IMG/VR virus record: IMGVR_UViG_3300045526_000101
Coordinates: 1-56,770 of that record
Reading direction: 5' to 3' (one strand)
Length of the DNA stretch: 56,770 bases
Source of the DNA: a virus
Taxonomy: Duplodnaviria; Caudoviricetes
Shown: in pieces, positions 39,601-47,525 of the stretch
How positions within the stretch are numbered: the first letter of the stretch is position 1
Layout: every line of letters begins with the position of its first letter
Made by a program: the position numbers and the translations under genes
Notes under the pieces: model-generated
What the model saw: only the letters and a program-made list of their open reading frames with translations
Database searches by the model: none
What the model was told of the DNA's origin: nothing

Positions 39601-40922
39601 ACAACACCTCCGAGAAGGCATTAGCTGCCAAGAAACAAGCCATAAGAGAAGGCTTTAAGAGGGATTCTTTACAGTGGAAAAGAAGGGTTATTGAGTTGAT
39701 TGATCAAGGTAGAGATGCTAAGGTAATGGAAGAGGCGGATGCAATAGGTAAGCGCATTACCATGAACTATGATCCAGAAGGATGGACTAAGCCTGTTTTT
39801 GATGCCGTTGTTGGATTGCAAAGGAACATCCCTATCATTAAAATGGTTGTGCCTTTCGCTAGGATCGTAGCCAACCTAACTGAGAACGCATTAAACTACA
39901 CCCCAGCAGGTGCGGTTAGGGCTGTAATTGGAAAGCGAAGCCCATTCAACAAGTCTGGTACGCCATTGACAACGAACGAAAGAATAGACCTTATGTCTAA
40001 GTTCGCAATTGGCATGGGAGCTCTCGCTATTTTAGCGACTAAAGTAGGGGATGACGATGATGACTGGTTCGATATAACAGCTGGTGGCCCTAATGATACT
40101 CAAAAGAAATACGAATTACAAAAGGGTGGTTGGAGACCATACACTATTGTATTCAAGGATGGCACTAGACTAAACTATAAGGACTGGCCAATTGCTGGAA
40201 TACTAGCTGGTATGGGTAATATCAGAGACTCAAAAAAATATGGAGAAGCTGACGAAACATCTATGGCTTTAGCTGCATATGGATTCTTCTTAAACTTCTA
40301 CGATAAGTCTCTTCTTAGTGGCCTATCTGATTTCTTCGGAATCTTTAATGTTAATGCCGGAAGAGGCAAGTATGCGCCAGAAACCAAAGCGTCTGAACGT
40401 GCTACTAAATGGGCAGCACAACAGGCTAAGTCAGTAGCGGTTTCTAACCTAGCTCAGCAGACTGGTAAGTTATATAGTGAATTGGTTACTGGTGATCCAC
40501 AGCGTGATGCTAAAACATTCACAGAGATAATCTATCGTGATCTTCCAATGTTTAACGATGGCATCAGACCGATTATTGATGTCTTTGGTGACGAGGTTAA
40601 ATATACCATAACAGAAAGGCTTTCTCCAATCATGGCTGAACCTGAAAAGGATTCTTTAATCAAGTGGTTAAATGAGAATAAGTTATTTGTTGGCGTTCCA
40701 AAGAAGACCAATATATATGACTTTGATTCAGATACCGAAAGGCCAATGACCGATGAGGAATACTACGAGTACAGAAAGCTAGCAGGTAAAAAGACAAAGG
40801 AGTGGATACTAGATTTCATGGCGGATATGAAGGGTGATGAAAGGCAGGTTACTGAAGCTATGTTTGATGCAGCAAAGAGAGCTGCACGAAGTGAGGCATA
40901 TGCGGAGTTGTTTGTGAAATAA
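33687..40922 (+). CDS. giant polyvalent ejection protein
   Basis: 2411 aa; G/A-rich membrane-like segment, MLTGQNP..GKY...ERSFLV domain, HESSH zincin motif, FHYS...DPSRFG ART-like motif, helical C-terminus. Confidence 0.7.
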   Translation: MAEYLFEQDQLDQMDNNIRDMLSKGATREDVMMYTNDYKEKFVKKKDGTTGLPSSPSVSVGIDPEELKARYARIGGGNKYINDLIDSKRSKDPAFAPRASEFISGANNLNEKNLKAERVNYVYDFLKKDSDIETNDQTRDAFLSSQYAGAYYSESPDLQKEYQQSDLKDILTPRQFTGLKSLSFGRQSDYLKSINKLKSADVDESEKEATKLELDKFGIDIDQDAAASMFNQNVNPQLVDTIYTRAKTDLPIVQEKLRQIDYENPYTARSFKNIINGAINRGVAMGSTADLLTVTSEQSGIDVERLAAIQRDLQAAKSSKAYEEFSKNPSLETFSRNPIGILTELSLESLAALYSHGSTRMATGGATGAAMGSVVPGIGTAVGLTSGITAGLGLSSLNLEYSSKILEGLNELGVDVTKPDQIKNAFSDEQLMSKLKSDGLKKGVPVALFDMLSAGLAGKIVSKPTKSVAGKLLQGTTEVGVQAGLGGAGEASGQLVSEGKISRPNDIIMEMVGEFGPGSVEIAYGSVVESAKKGSPVKTSDIVNIVTSDKKNIIDNNIKSEVVAGTITQEQADVINKEIAKVEASLPKVPEDLSADAKARTIELIDQKTKLTRQLKNLDDAFKPDITNKIKSIDEQIISIAQTDRNAITESQVQEGRTESNISQPQGAVQGQPEIGQGEGQQGQAEIPQADVSDSNISGKREVIKQKFDFVTDQDFVAEAFTPEEDAADRAALPESEFKSEEELSNFLANGEYAMLTGQNPDAVPLSKIANKKLNERATQWLADRGLKATPIFGKYDNSERSFLVPNMTKAQAIEFAKDFQQDSVAHSSGLVYKDGSFNPRTEGVNLEPRFDQGGDFFSSINIGGKPVDFSVNYDFETTVPAEGMQVDEQGQLIDTKLQDAVGKASQALQKSGIKFNIIDSSVNPEQADAARGNQAIFRDTDGTITIDKSKLANDIEAGIVVWHESSHPVMNIIRNTDRNLYDAVVRGLTSAAQRNEGIQKALNWATDGYEGNDVQADEALVETIARIAEGVVDISTLDTGLRQRIIDFINDIAKFFGINPIIDNTDLAEFKRVATQVAEALSQGRDIAEIVGEENVMEYGAPIGVPVQPKIADKYGPKVSHNGGNYKLSFVRPSDIIDIKSLIKEIADKDQKVWFWVADQLGRGMYYDSVIDGEHYLDAGPSFALDPKNRDKKVIWATGKGEKWVKDKIAKSDYIFIISGSPKNSKLFNKRVAEITFNRIKKVVGEEGSWDKFKSEVLGVSKIGKINEILNKYNSFEELLATPDRKELLIQFDEQKAKKGTPLKALLEKYGAFIDYNDLRDGFFKDNDFNMNDVMLVLKPTEYGGKSDHSTYENNILGEVVGVPDRRVDAFELMPDDFKAKYAPDMSKTGRSQAVAPYGSGIKNIQASVGLREDLVADAGLRKKMTEDGEGNYVFFHYSDKEFKKVDPSRFGSSNITGRDERPGVDIAMFYTDPDTSEFNANYGYSVRIPKDQVYTFDTDPLNLLPEARRAFEKQYPGQAFDANKQVGFVTKIAAENGFPMTVASWKLGGKKMLRAQTTEKLPVKKYSEIVPGTFNQVEYKEEFTANSKKRGQFSVGGRSEEELRAEGQGKERNRALASKYGDLSPETQAKIEDDAVTYFQRPNKQTEKAVEDFIEGINIMDAADYVLGNPDIPEVSKVWMAATVAKRLNAEIDAAKTDNNQDLVEALTSKQAEIYNEFAKKATSLGQAVQAFIAFKNDPNAVGFFLPKILRQLKKAGVEEVTEVQKADIINRLKNVNEAKPGLPKDKAIIELSHYLAGIAPMKPVDILQALWYAKILSGVTTQATNFFANVFNTLFELPAVGMRIAIKSGDPLAVIYGIKGFGSGVVKGAVSAADIIKTGVRSKEIDKYFSENPLEYFTWSKWLGEKGKVLDKIPPVNFGAWKYIGRILAATDALFSTANQEAVANMLAYADSDGKPSRNKFRQVDNLLNNTSEKALAAKKQAIREGFKRDSLQWKRRVIELIDQGRDAKVMEEADAIGKRITMNYDPEGWTKPVFDAVVGLQRNIPIIKMVVPFARIVANLTENALNYTPAGAVRAVIGKRSPFNKSGTPLTTNERIDLMSKFAIGMGALAILATKVGDDDDDWFDITAGGPNDTQKKYELQKGGWRPYTIVFKDGTRLNYKDWPIAGILAGMGNIRDSKKYGEADETSMALAAYGFFLNFYDKSLLSGLSDFFGIFNVNAGRGKYAPETKASERATKWAAQQAKSVAVSNLAQQTGKLYSELVTGDPQRDAKTFTEIIYRDLPMFNDGIRPIIDVFGDEVKYTITERLSPIMAEPEKDSLIKWLNENKLFVGVPKKTNIYDFDSDTERPMTDEEYYEYRKLAGKKTKEWILDFMADMKGDERQVTEAMFDAAKRAARSEAYAELFVK

Positions 40923-40967
40923 CACCCCGTATTCTGAATAGATAAGAGTAACACTAATAGTAATTTT

Positions 40968-41279
40968 ATGCGACTTGGCGATCTGTTTAATGACGAGAAT
41001 CACATCAATGAGAAATCCATAATAGGGATAATATCATTCTTGATCATGATCGTTTACTCCCTGGTAGATGTAATATATGCCATGATGGGTAAGGTTGTTG
41101 AGATAAACGAAAGGATTTATACCTCTTTCGAGACGATAGTACTAGGAGCATTCCTAATCAGCTCGGGGGAAAAGATTGTAAAAGTTATAACGCATGGCAA
41201 AAGTAACAGAGTCAAGAAAAACCACGTTCGGAAAGAGAAGGAAAGGGAAAGCCCAGAAGAGGAAGGGGCCGAAGGATAA
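40968..41279 (+). CDS. two-TM membrane protein, holin candidate
   Basis: NEKSIIGIISFLIMIV and second hydrophobic segment; charged tail. Confidence 0.5.
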   Translation: MRLGDLFNDENHINEKSIIGIISFLIMIVYSLVDVIYAMMGKVVEINERIYTSFETIVLGAFLISSGEKIVKVITHGKSNRVKKNHVRKEKERESPEEEGAEG

Positions 41280-41309
41280 ACAAGTAAGCAAGTATAAAGG
41301 ACAAGGAAG

Positions 41310-42065
41310 ATGATACAACCACCTAGAATATCCATGCCAGGAGCATCAATGATTAATGCGGTAACTGGCCTAGTGTCTAAAGTTAAGAACAGGCTGTATA
41401 ACAATCTGTACCCATACGGTTATTCTACACAGCAGTATAATCCAGAAACAAAGACAATGGAGGAAGTAGGCCCGGCCAAAAGATTGTTTAGGGCTGTGGT
41501 ATTAAACCAGCCTGAGCAAGAAGTAGCTGCTGCTAAATCTAATCCACAGGGATATGAGAAGGAGAAGTATGATCTGTGGGGAATGTATCTAGGTAAAGGA
41601 CAGAAGAGCAACTCTATCAAGCAGTCCACCTATGCGCCTACTAGAGGCTCTGGCAAGGGTACATATTACGCTATCCCTAAACTTGAAGAGCAGATCGGGG
41701 CGGTAGGAGAGATCAAGGCTAAGGACTTTAATGACTTTAGAAACCAGGTATTAAGCTCTACAGAGGGTGGTACGTTTGGATTTAATGCGGTAAGCGGAAG
41801 TCGTGATGATAAGAAGGCTAAGATTGTAGCTAATGTACAACCACTGGGAGATGCTACGATATCTGCTGGTGAGGATGATAAGGGGTATTATATTTCTTAC
41901 TATGATAAGTGGGATCTGAATCCATTCAGTGGTGGAAGCGGAGTAGCAAGTGATATAGCTAAGAAACTTAAGCTAGATAAGATCGATGATCTTGCTGGCA
42001 TAGATGGCCCAGAGATTTACGGACGTATATACTTTGATAAGAAAACTGGAAAACGAATAAAATAA
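41310..42065 (+). CDS. hypothetical protein
   Basis: 251 aa; YISYYDKWDLNP...EIYGRIY motif. Confidence 0.55.
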   Translation: MIQPPRISMPGASMINAVTGLVSKVKNRLYNNLYPYGYSTQQYNPETKTMEEVGPAKRLFRAVVLNQPEQEVAAAKSNPQGYEKEKYDLWGMYLGKGQKSNSIKQSTYAPTRGSGKGTYYAIPKLEEQIGAVGEIKAKDFNDFRNQVLSSTEGGTFGFNAVSGSRDDKKAKIVANVQPLGDATISAGEDDKGYYISYYDKWDLNPFSGGSGVASDIAKKLKLDKIDDLAGIDGPEIYGRIYFDKKTGKRIK

Positions 42066-42067
42066 AA

Positions 42068-42997
42068 ATGGCAAAGACGCAAACATTAAGCCCATCACAA
42101 GTAGATCCGAGTAAGGTAACGTCAGCTGTTGCTAGATTGAAATCTTATATATCAGTGGCAAAAGATTATGATAATCTCGCTGAAAATTTCAAAGAAAAAT
42201 CAGGTGTTGATTTAAGAAAAGTAAAGGATCCAAGAGATTTTGTATCTCAGAAAATGATCAACGATGCAAAGTCTAGGACAAAAAGAGGTAAAGAAGGTGC
42301 TATTTCTGTTATTGGAAATCCCAAAAATGAAAATACGTGTGCTGCTGGCGTATGTACTATAGCTGCAGATGCTGGTGTAAGTTTTGATAAAATGAGTGGT
42401 ACTGGAATGACGGGGTTAGCTACGGATAAATTGGGCAGAAAGATTCCACAGTATAATCCTTTATTCACAGCACAACTTGATAAGACTGGATACTATGAAC
42501 TGTCTCCAGATGAGAAACCAGTGCCTGGAGATTTGGTTCAATATTTTGAGCCAAGGGGAAGTCTTAACGAATTAGTTCCATACCACATGGAATTTATTAC
42601 TGATGAAAAGGGAGGTGGTAAGTATGCAACATTTAACAATTACGGACTATTCAATGAGGGGAAGGGAGAGTCTGAGGTGGTCGATGCAAGAGGATCTGAT
42701 AAAGGAGACAAGGGGAGAGATAGTTCCGTTAATAGATTTTATAGATTGAAGCCAGAGGCTGCAAGTGCTGCCGTTGGTAAGGACAATATGACAACTATTG
42801 CACGGGCAAAAGAACTTTCCAATCAATTAGATTCCATTTTCCAAAAGGGAATACCAGGAGAAAGTAGTGATTTTTTTGACTTTGTATCATCTGCAATCTT
42901 AACCAATCAGCCTAAAGAAAAGGTTCTTAAGATTGCTCTTGATTATTCAAAAGATAAAGAACTTGCAAAAGCCCTAGTTGAAAAGATGTATCAATAA
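42068..42997 (+). CDS. CHAP/NlpC-P60-like cysteine hydrolase domain protein
   Basis: TCAAGVC...PVPGDLVQY...YHMEF Cys/His arrangement. Confidence 0.5.
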   Translation: MAKTQTLSPSQVDPSKVTSAVARLKSYISVAKDYDNLAENFKEKSGVDLRKVKDPRDFVSQKMINDAKSRTKRGKEGAISVIGNPKNENTCAAGVCTIAADAGVSFDKMSGTGMTGLATDKLGRKIPQYNPLFTAQLDKTGYYELSPDEKPVPGDLVQYFEPRGSLNELVPYHMEFITDEKGGGKYATFNNYGLFNEGKGESEVVDARGSDKGDKGRDSSVNRFYRLKPEAASAAVGKDNMTTIARAKELSNQLDSIFQKGIPGESSDFFDFVSSAILTNQPKEKVLKIALDYSKDKELAKALVEKMYQ

Positions 42998-43373
42998 GAT
43001 GGTAGCAAATAAAACTAATCCTAAACTATGGGAAGCCGCCAAGCGTGAGGCTAAGGCTAAGATGGGTGGCAAACACTCGGCCAGAGCTATGCAGCTGGCT
43101 GTTGCCATTTATAAAAAGAAGGGCGGTAAGTTTGAGGGTAAGAAGTCTTCTGAGAATAGTCTAGCAAAATGGACTAGACAGGAGTGGAGAACCTCAGACG
43201 GATCTAAGTCAGAAGGTAAGAAACGCTATCTACCAGACAAGGCTTGGGATGCACTAAGCCCAGCAGAAAAAGCCGCCACTAATCGAGCCAAGGCGGAAGG
43301 GGATAAGAAGGGTAAACAGTTTGTTAAACAACCCGATAAGATAGCAGAAAAGACCGCCAAGTATAGAAAATAA
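42978..43373 (+). CDS. basic conserved phage protein (DUF5872-like)
   Basis: SARAMQLA..YKKKGG, SLAKWT.QEWRT, RYLP.KAW motifs; true start probably the internal MVANK. Confidence 0.6.
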   Translation: MKRCINKMVANKTNPKLWEAAKREAKAKMGGKHSARAMQLAVAIYKKKGGKFEGKKSSENSLAKWTRQEWRTSDGSKSEGKKRYLPDKAWDALSPAEKAATNRAKAEGDKKGKQFVKQPDKIAEKTAKYRK

Positions 43374-43382
43374 TTCGTATAT

Positions 43383-43583
43383 TTGAGTATGCTCGACATA
43401 TTCAATTCGTGTGTTGACTTACTGTACTGGGCGGCATGGGTTTTAGGTATAACCTATGAGGAGATCAATGTGATCCTTTTTGTTTTTATACACCCAGCAA
43501 TAACCATCTTGTTGTTCATTCTCCTAATGATAAGCAATAGGAAACTAAAGCGACTCAATCAACATCTTAATCTGGATAAGTAG
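43383..43583 (+). CDS. small membrane protein
   Basis: CVDLL...GITYEEINV.LFV; TATATTTG box immediately upstream. Confidence 0.55.
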   Translation: MSMLDIFNSCVDLLYWAAWVLGITYEEINVILFVFIHPAITILLFILLMISNRKLKRLNQHLNLDK

Positions 43584-43757
43584 ATCCACAATCTTTTGTG
43601 AGGTTTCTGTAAGGCAGTAATGATTGCCATCTGTTTTCGATATTAGCTTATCCTTTTCCAGTTGCCTAAGACTAACCGTTAACATATTGCCACTAACGCC
43701 ATTTACAAGCTGTTTAAGCTTGTTAAATCTGACTGGCTTGTGGTATAGTATTATCAA
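43545..43757 (-). CDS. HxlR-family winged-helix regulator (start irregular, possibly degenerate)
   Basis: IGGKWK..I...L...RFN.L....GVS..ML...LRQLE.D.LI; the IGGKWK motif lies upstream of the first start codon. Confidence 0.6.
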   Translation of the reverse strand: MIILYHKPVRFNKLKQLVNGVSGNMLTVSLRQLEKDKLISKTDGNHYCLTETSQKIVDLLIQIKMLIESL

Positions 43758-43968
43758 TATGATAGGCTTCCATTTGCCTCCTATCTTCTTTCTATTGACA
43801 TTTATAATATGTGGATCAATCTTTCGGATGTTATTAAGTTATATAAAGCATAAACATTAATCACTACAGGTTGTAACAAACAGGTTACAAATACCTAACC
43901 TAGTTTTATCTATCTTAAATCGGTCTAACTATCTGTTATAGATATTTGGCGTACTAAATCAACAACCT

Positions 43969-44292
43969 ATGGCTACAATCAAGAAGCCCCAACCAAAGAA
44001 AGATTTGCCAGTCGGAAGATCTGTCAGAGTAGAATCTGGAGAGATCTTTATTATTCAAAAAGACATTCCAGTTCTAGGTGTAAGGTCTATGGGTACTGCA
44101 TTAAGGTATCCATTTAGTGAGATGCAGGCAGGAGAATCTTTTGAGATCAAGTCAAATCCAAAGGAAACCAGAAGAATGGTATCCAGAGTAAGTTCCGCCT
44201 GTGTGTCTTATGTCAAGCGAGCAAACAAGGCAGCTAAGTTTACAGTAAGGCGAACAAGTGATCAAACAATTAGGGTTTGGCGGATTAAGTAG
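43969..44292 (+). CDS. small basic DNA-binding-like protein
   Basis: YPF..M..GESF...KFTVR...IRVWR motif. Confidence 0.6.
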   Translation: MATIKKPQPKKDLPVGRSVRVESGEIFIIQKDIPVLGVRSMGTALRYPFSEMQAGESFEIKSNPKETRRMVSRVSSACVSYVKRANKAAKFTVRRTSDQTIRVWRIK

Positions 44293-44295
44293 CGG

Positions 44296-44318
44296 AAGGC
44301 CCCCAGCTCGGGGGCTTT
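44296..44318. terminator. bidirectional terminator between convergent genes
   Basis: GCCCCC-AGCTC-GGGGGC hairpin between stops at 44292 (+) and 44317 (-). Confidence 0.65.
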
Positions 44319-44637
44319 ACCATATCTTAACATTATTCCATATATAATCCCTCATCCACTTAGCACCCTCTATCCATTTTGGGTCTGTAGATTGACTCAG
44401 AATATAATCATCCCTTAAATTTTGTGGCATTATCCTAACGGATGCATAGGATTTTACTTCCTCTTCATCGTTGCCTATAATCATCATAGGATTAAAGATA
44501 ACGTCTTTGCCCTCCTCAGGATCTTCTAGATCATCGGGATTATGTACAGGTAGTTCGTTGTAATTAAACTCTCCTTCTATATCGAAGACGAATGATACAT
44601 ACCATTCGCCATCTTTGTTAATCAAGGTTCCATTCAT
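44317..44637 (-). CDS. hypothetical protein
   Basis: 106-aa acidic ORF; EGAKWMRD motif. Confidence 0.6.
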   Translation of the reverse strand: MNGTLINKDGEWYVSFVFDIEGEFNYNELPVHNPDDLEDPEEGKDVIFNPMMIIGNDEEEVKSYASVRIMPQNLRDDYILSQSTDPKWIEGAKWMRDYIWNNVKIW

Positions 44638-44842
44638 GTTCTGCTAGTTTATTGTGTAGGGTTTCACGGACTTCATCCAACTTGTCATACACCTCCTGGG
44701 TTTGCTCGGTGTATTTGATTTGGGTGCGTAAGTACTGATCAAATTCCCAGATGGCTACGTATAGGCCATTTACCTTTACCGCTCTCTTGTGATCTTCCCG
44801 ATCATCGGGTTCGTTCAGGTCAAACTCTAGTATTGCTTTCAT
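44618..44842 (-). CDS. hypothetical protein
   Basis: MKAILEFDL..D..H..A...WEFDQYLR motif common in aquatic phages. Confidence 0.65.
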   Translation of the reverse strand: MKAILEFDLNEPDDREDHKRAVKVNGLYVAIWEFDQYLRTQIKYTEQTQEVYDKLDEVRETLHNKLAEHEWNLD

Positions 44843-45068
44843 ATTTTTCGTTGTAATATTGTTCTGCTGTCATATCATTTTTACTTACAACACCTGACGC
44901 CCACGCATTAATTATCTGCTCCTTCTCCATTTGTTTGGCTTGGTCATATATTCTTGTAGGATTGAGTTTTATAACCGTAGAATCATCACTCTTTCTTATA
45001 CCATCTAATTCTTTATCCAATTCTACAAGCTGTTCAATCAACCATTCTACTGCTGTTTGTTGTGCCAT
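44820..45068 (-). CDS. QTAVEW-family hypothetical protein
   Basis: MAQQTAVEWL...QAKQMEKEQI...EQYYNE. Confidence 0.65.
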   Translation of the reverse strand: MAQQTAVEWLIEQLVELDKELDGIRKSDDSTVIKLNPTRIYDQAKQMEKEQIINAWASGVVSKNDMTAEQYYNEKYESNTRV

Positions 45069-45101
45069 AGTTATCTGGTTTAATGACGATATTTTTAATT
45101 A

Positions 45102-45365
45102 TCACTTGTTTGAATGATATGTTTCGTTGTAGTATTCTTCTAGTAAGTCAACAGTTATTTCTGCACCATCATACTTTGATTTAGCGTGTAGCATTTCACC
45201 TAAATAATTTCTATTCTTATCAGGATAGGATGCTACAAACTCTGCAAACCTTATCATCTGCTCCTTCTCCATTTGTTTAGCCTGCTCTATTTCTTTATGG
45301 TACATATTAACTATTCTAATAGGCAACTGGTCAATGAACCATTCAACTGCCGTTTTTTGTGCCAT
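45102..45365 (-). CDS. QTAVEW-family hypothetical protein (paralogue)
   Basis: MAQKTAVEWF...QAKQMEKEQM...EYYNE. Confidence 0.65.
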   Translation of the reverse strand: MAQKTAVEWFIDQLPIRIVNMYHKEIEQAKQMEKEQMIRFAEFVASYPDKNRNYLGEMLHAKSKYDGAEITVDLLEEYYNETYHSNK

Positions 45366-45366
45366 G

Positions 45367-45594
45367 TTATTTTCTTATTGGTGGGTGATAGTATAATTCT
45401 AACCATTGAAACGGAGACATGTCTGAGTCGTTACACTCGGCTTCTAGTTCGCCCCAGTGTTCTCTCCCCCGAACCTTTATTTTTTCTAGGAATCTTTTCT
45501 CTAAAGCTTCCAGAAGTTCATCAATAGTTAAGTTCTCTTTCTCGTACTCGAAGATCAATTCCTTAAAGTCAGATACTTTTATTAGACTTGACAT
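45367..45594 (-). CDS. hypothetical protein
   Basis: 75-aa coupled ORF. Confidence 0.5.
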   Translation of the reverse strand: MSSLIKVSDFKELIFEYEKENLTIDELLEALEKRFLEKIKVRGREHWGELEAECNDSDMSPFQWLELYYHPPIRK

Positions 45595-45793
45595 GATGTA
45601 TTCTTATTGCGTATTCTTTACCGTTTGATTCTACCCTTGTACCAGGCTTTAACCTCCTGGCGATATACTTTTCTGTAGTTCCTAAATACCTGGCTGCATC
45701 AACCCTAGATGGGAAGATCTTAGCCTTCTTCTTTCTCTCCTCTAATGGAAGAGATAAGTCATATACTATATGTGGTATAGCGTTCTCTATCAT
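45569..45793 (-). CDS. NUMOD1/HTH-like small protein
   Basis: IFPSRVDAARYLG....I. Confidence 0.5.
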   Translation of the reverse strand: MIENAIPHIVYDLSLPLEERKKKAKIFPSRVDAARYLGTTEKYIARRLKPGTRVESNGKEYAIRIHHVKSNKSI

Positions 45794-46083
45794 AAATCGT
45801 TAATAAATTTTTCTAGTTTATTCTTCTGTTCGTCTGTCATATGAGTAGCACATCTAAGTAGCTCATCATAGAATAAGTGATCCTTCTCCCGAGCTAATTT
45901 TCTTTTCTCTGGTGGTAGTCTCAATTCCATGGCGGTCTTTAACCATCTTAACTTGGTTACAAATGCAGACATAGTCTCACGCATGTCCGTTTTAAGCAGA
46001 TCCTCTGCGTACAATAAACCATTACTAATGTTGGCGTATAATAACTCTAATGATTCAGCTTGCGATTCTGTTAGTTTCTTCAT
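45790..46083 (-). CDS. hypothetical protein
   Basis: 97-aa coupled ORF. Confidence 0.55.
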   Translation of the reverse strand: MKKLTESQAESLELLYANISNGLLYAEDLLKTDMRETMSAFVTKLRWLKTAMELRLPPEKRKLAREKDHLFYDELLRCATHMTDEQKNKLEKFINDL

Positions 46084-46201
46084 TGATAAGCTCTTGAAGT
46101 TTACACAATACTTGTCCTACTACGATTCCGATCTTGAGGTTATCTCCATCTTCTACGGCCCTAGCCAGGGATACGTACAGATTCTTTAAGTCGTCTATCA
46201 T
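46055..46201 (-). CDS. 48-aa hypothetical protein
   Basis: MIDDLKNLYVSLARAVEDGDNLKIGIVVGQVLCKLQELINEETNRIAS*; fills the gap between genes. Confidence 0.4.
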   Translation of the reverse strand: MIDDLKNLYVSLARAVEDGDNLKIGIVVGQVLCKLQELINEETNRIAS

Positions 46202-46811
46202 TTAAAAACTTTTTTACTTGATTCTCTAAATACTCTAAGTCTCCGTTATTGTTTATGTAATACTCAAACAGATATTCATCCAGTGCAGTCTCAGATGGAT
46301 GAGCATTAACTGGCTTATAGTAAGGTCTGTTTACACGAACCACAATGCCGCCATGTTGCTGAATAGCATGTAGCTCATTTGGGAAACGCACATCGGTTAC
46401 AATCCATTTGCTTGGACTATATTCACTCATCTTGTGTGGTCGATAGGTAGAGAACATGGCGTTAACCCATGCATCCTCATGTAGGTTATTACGTACCGCT
46501 TCGGTTCCTAGCTTTTGAAGAAGCTCCCGAACTGTCATACTTTTACGATACGCCTCCCCCGTGAAGTGTGGATTTACATGGTCTCCATCATTTCGACCCT
46601 TATATCCCCACGTATCCCATTCCGGCCCCAACTTCTGAGACTTAACATCCTGATCATCCATCGTGCTTGCTGGAATACCCGTTAGTATTTCAGCAACTTG
46701 TTTAAGAGGTTGAGAAAATCCTTTAATCTCCCATCCTGGTTCTAACTTCTGAATGAGTTCAGCTACTGTTGACTTACCAACTTTACCATAACCCGACAAT
46801 CCTATAATCAT
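46161..46811 (-). CDS. deoxynucleoside monophosphate kinase (T4 gp1-like)
   Basis: GLSGYGKVGKST P-loop; RELLQKLGTE; DVRFPNE; HPSE. Confidence 0.9.
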   Translation of the reverse strand: MIIGLSGYGKVGKSTVAELIQKLEPGWEIKGFSQPLKQVAEILTGIPASTMDDQDVKSQKLGPEWDTWGYKGRNDGDHVNPHFTGEAYRKSMTVRELLQKLGTEAVRNNLHEDAWVNAMFSTYRPHKMSEYSPSKWIVTDVRFPNELHAIQQHGGIVVRVNRPYYKPVNAHPSETALDEYLFEYYINNNGDLEYLENQVKKFLNDRRLKESVRIPG

Positions 46812-47098
46812 ATTTCCTTTACTACTTGAGGTTCTATAAATTGTAACTTACCCTTGTTGTGATGGATCATTAATACCAATAGGCGTTCAAAAGAATCATA
46901 ATCCAGATTGATTTTTTGCCCATCTATTTTTATCTTGACACCATTGCCATCATCGACTAGCATACCACACACTTGGCCAGGGTAAACCCAATCACCATTG
47001 TTGGCGTATCGTATAACAGCAGTGTCTTCATTCTGTACGAGGTCATAATCATAGCGATCTATTTCACCGCCTATTTCTGAGTTTGTCCAAACTTGCAT
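46808..47098 (-). CDS. hypothetical protein
   Basis: 96-aa coupled ORF. Confidence 0.55.
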   Translation of the reverse strand: MQVWTNSEIGGEIDRYDYDLVQNEDTAVIRYANNGDWVYPGQVCGMLVDDGNGVKIKIDGQKINLDYDSFERLLVLMIHHNKGKLQFIEPQVVKEI

Positions 47099-47109
47099 AA
47101 GGAAAGTTT

Positions 47110-47127
47110 AAAAGGGGATTGCTCCCC
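47110..47127 (-). terminator. intrinsic terminator after SSB
   Basis: GGGGA-GCAA-TCCCC-TTTT on the minus strand. Confidence 0.65.
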
Positions 47128-47133
47128 CTGGTT

Positions 47134-47397
47134 TTAGAATGGTAGATCCTCATTCTGAATAGTCTTAAGCCTCTGCTTGTTTACAGCAGCTTGCTTAGCG
47201 TCTTCAGCGTTTACCTTAGGTTCATAGGTGTCAATCTGTAACCTGTAGTCTGGCGATCTTTCACCTTCCTTCTTGAAGGTGTTTGGCCATGCTGTGTAGC
47301 GTTTGTCACCGATAGTGATGGACAATACTTCTACTTCTCCGTTCTTGGTGTTGATCACCTTCTTCCAGGCTGCGCCTGCTGATTGATTGTTACTCAT
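47134..47397 (-). CDS. ssDNA-binding protein (DUF736-like)
   Basis: GAAWKK...PDYRL and acidic EDLPF C-terminal tip. Confidence 0.7.
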   Translation of the reverse strand: MSNNQSAGAAWKKVINTKNGEVEVLSITIGDKRYTAWPNTFKKEGERSPDYRLQIDTYEPKVNAEDAKQAAVNKQRLKTIQNEDLPF

Positions 47398-47399
47398 AA

Positions 47400-47525
47400 T
47401 TATGATTGTTTAGTGAATACGATTGCCTTGTTATAGAATGCTAATACTAGTTCCTTGTCTGTTTTAACCCAGGCTATTACTGGGAGGAAGAACAGTACGT
47501 CCAGATGTTCGATTTTAATTGTCAT
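47400..47525 (-). CDS. 41-aa hypothetical protein
   Basis: MTIKIEHLDVLFFLPVIAWV...; ATGA-coupled to the resolvase gene. Confidence 0.4.
   Translation of the reverse strand: MTIKIEHLDVLFFLPVIAWVKTDKELVLAFYNKAIVFTKQS

Noticed and set aside
3354-43373. Stop-codon reassignment as in some crAss-like phages
   Set aside because: Genes are long and tightly packed under code 11, and TAA, TAG and TGA all end genes
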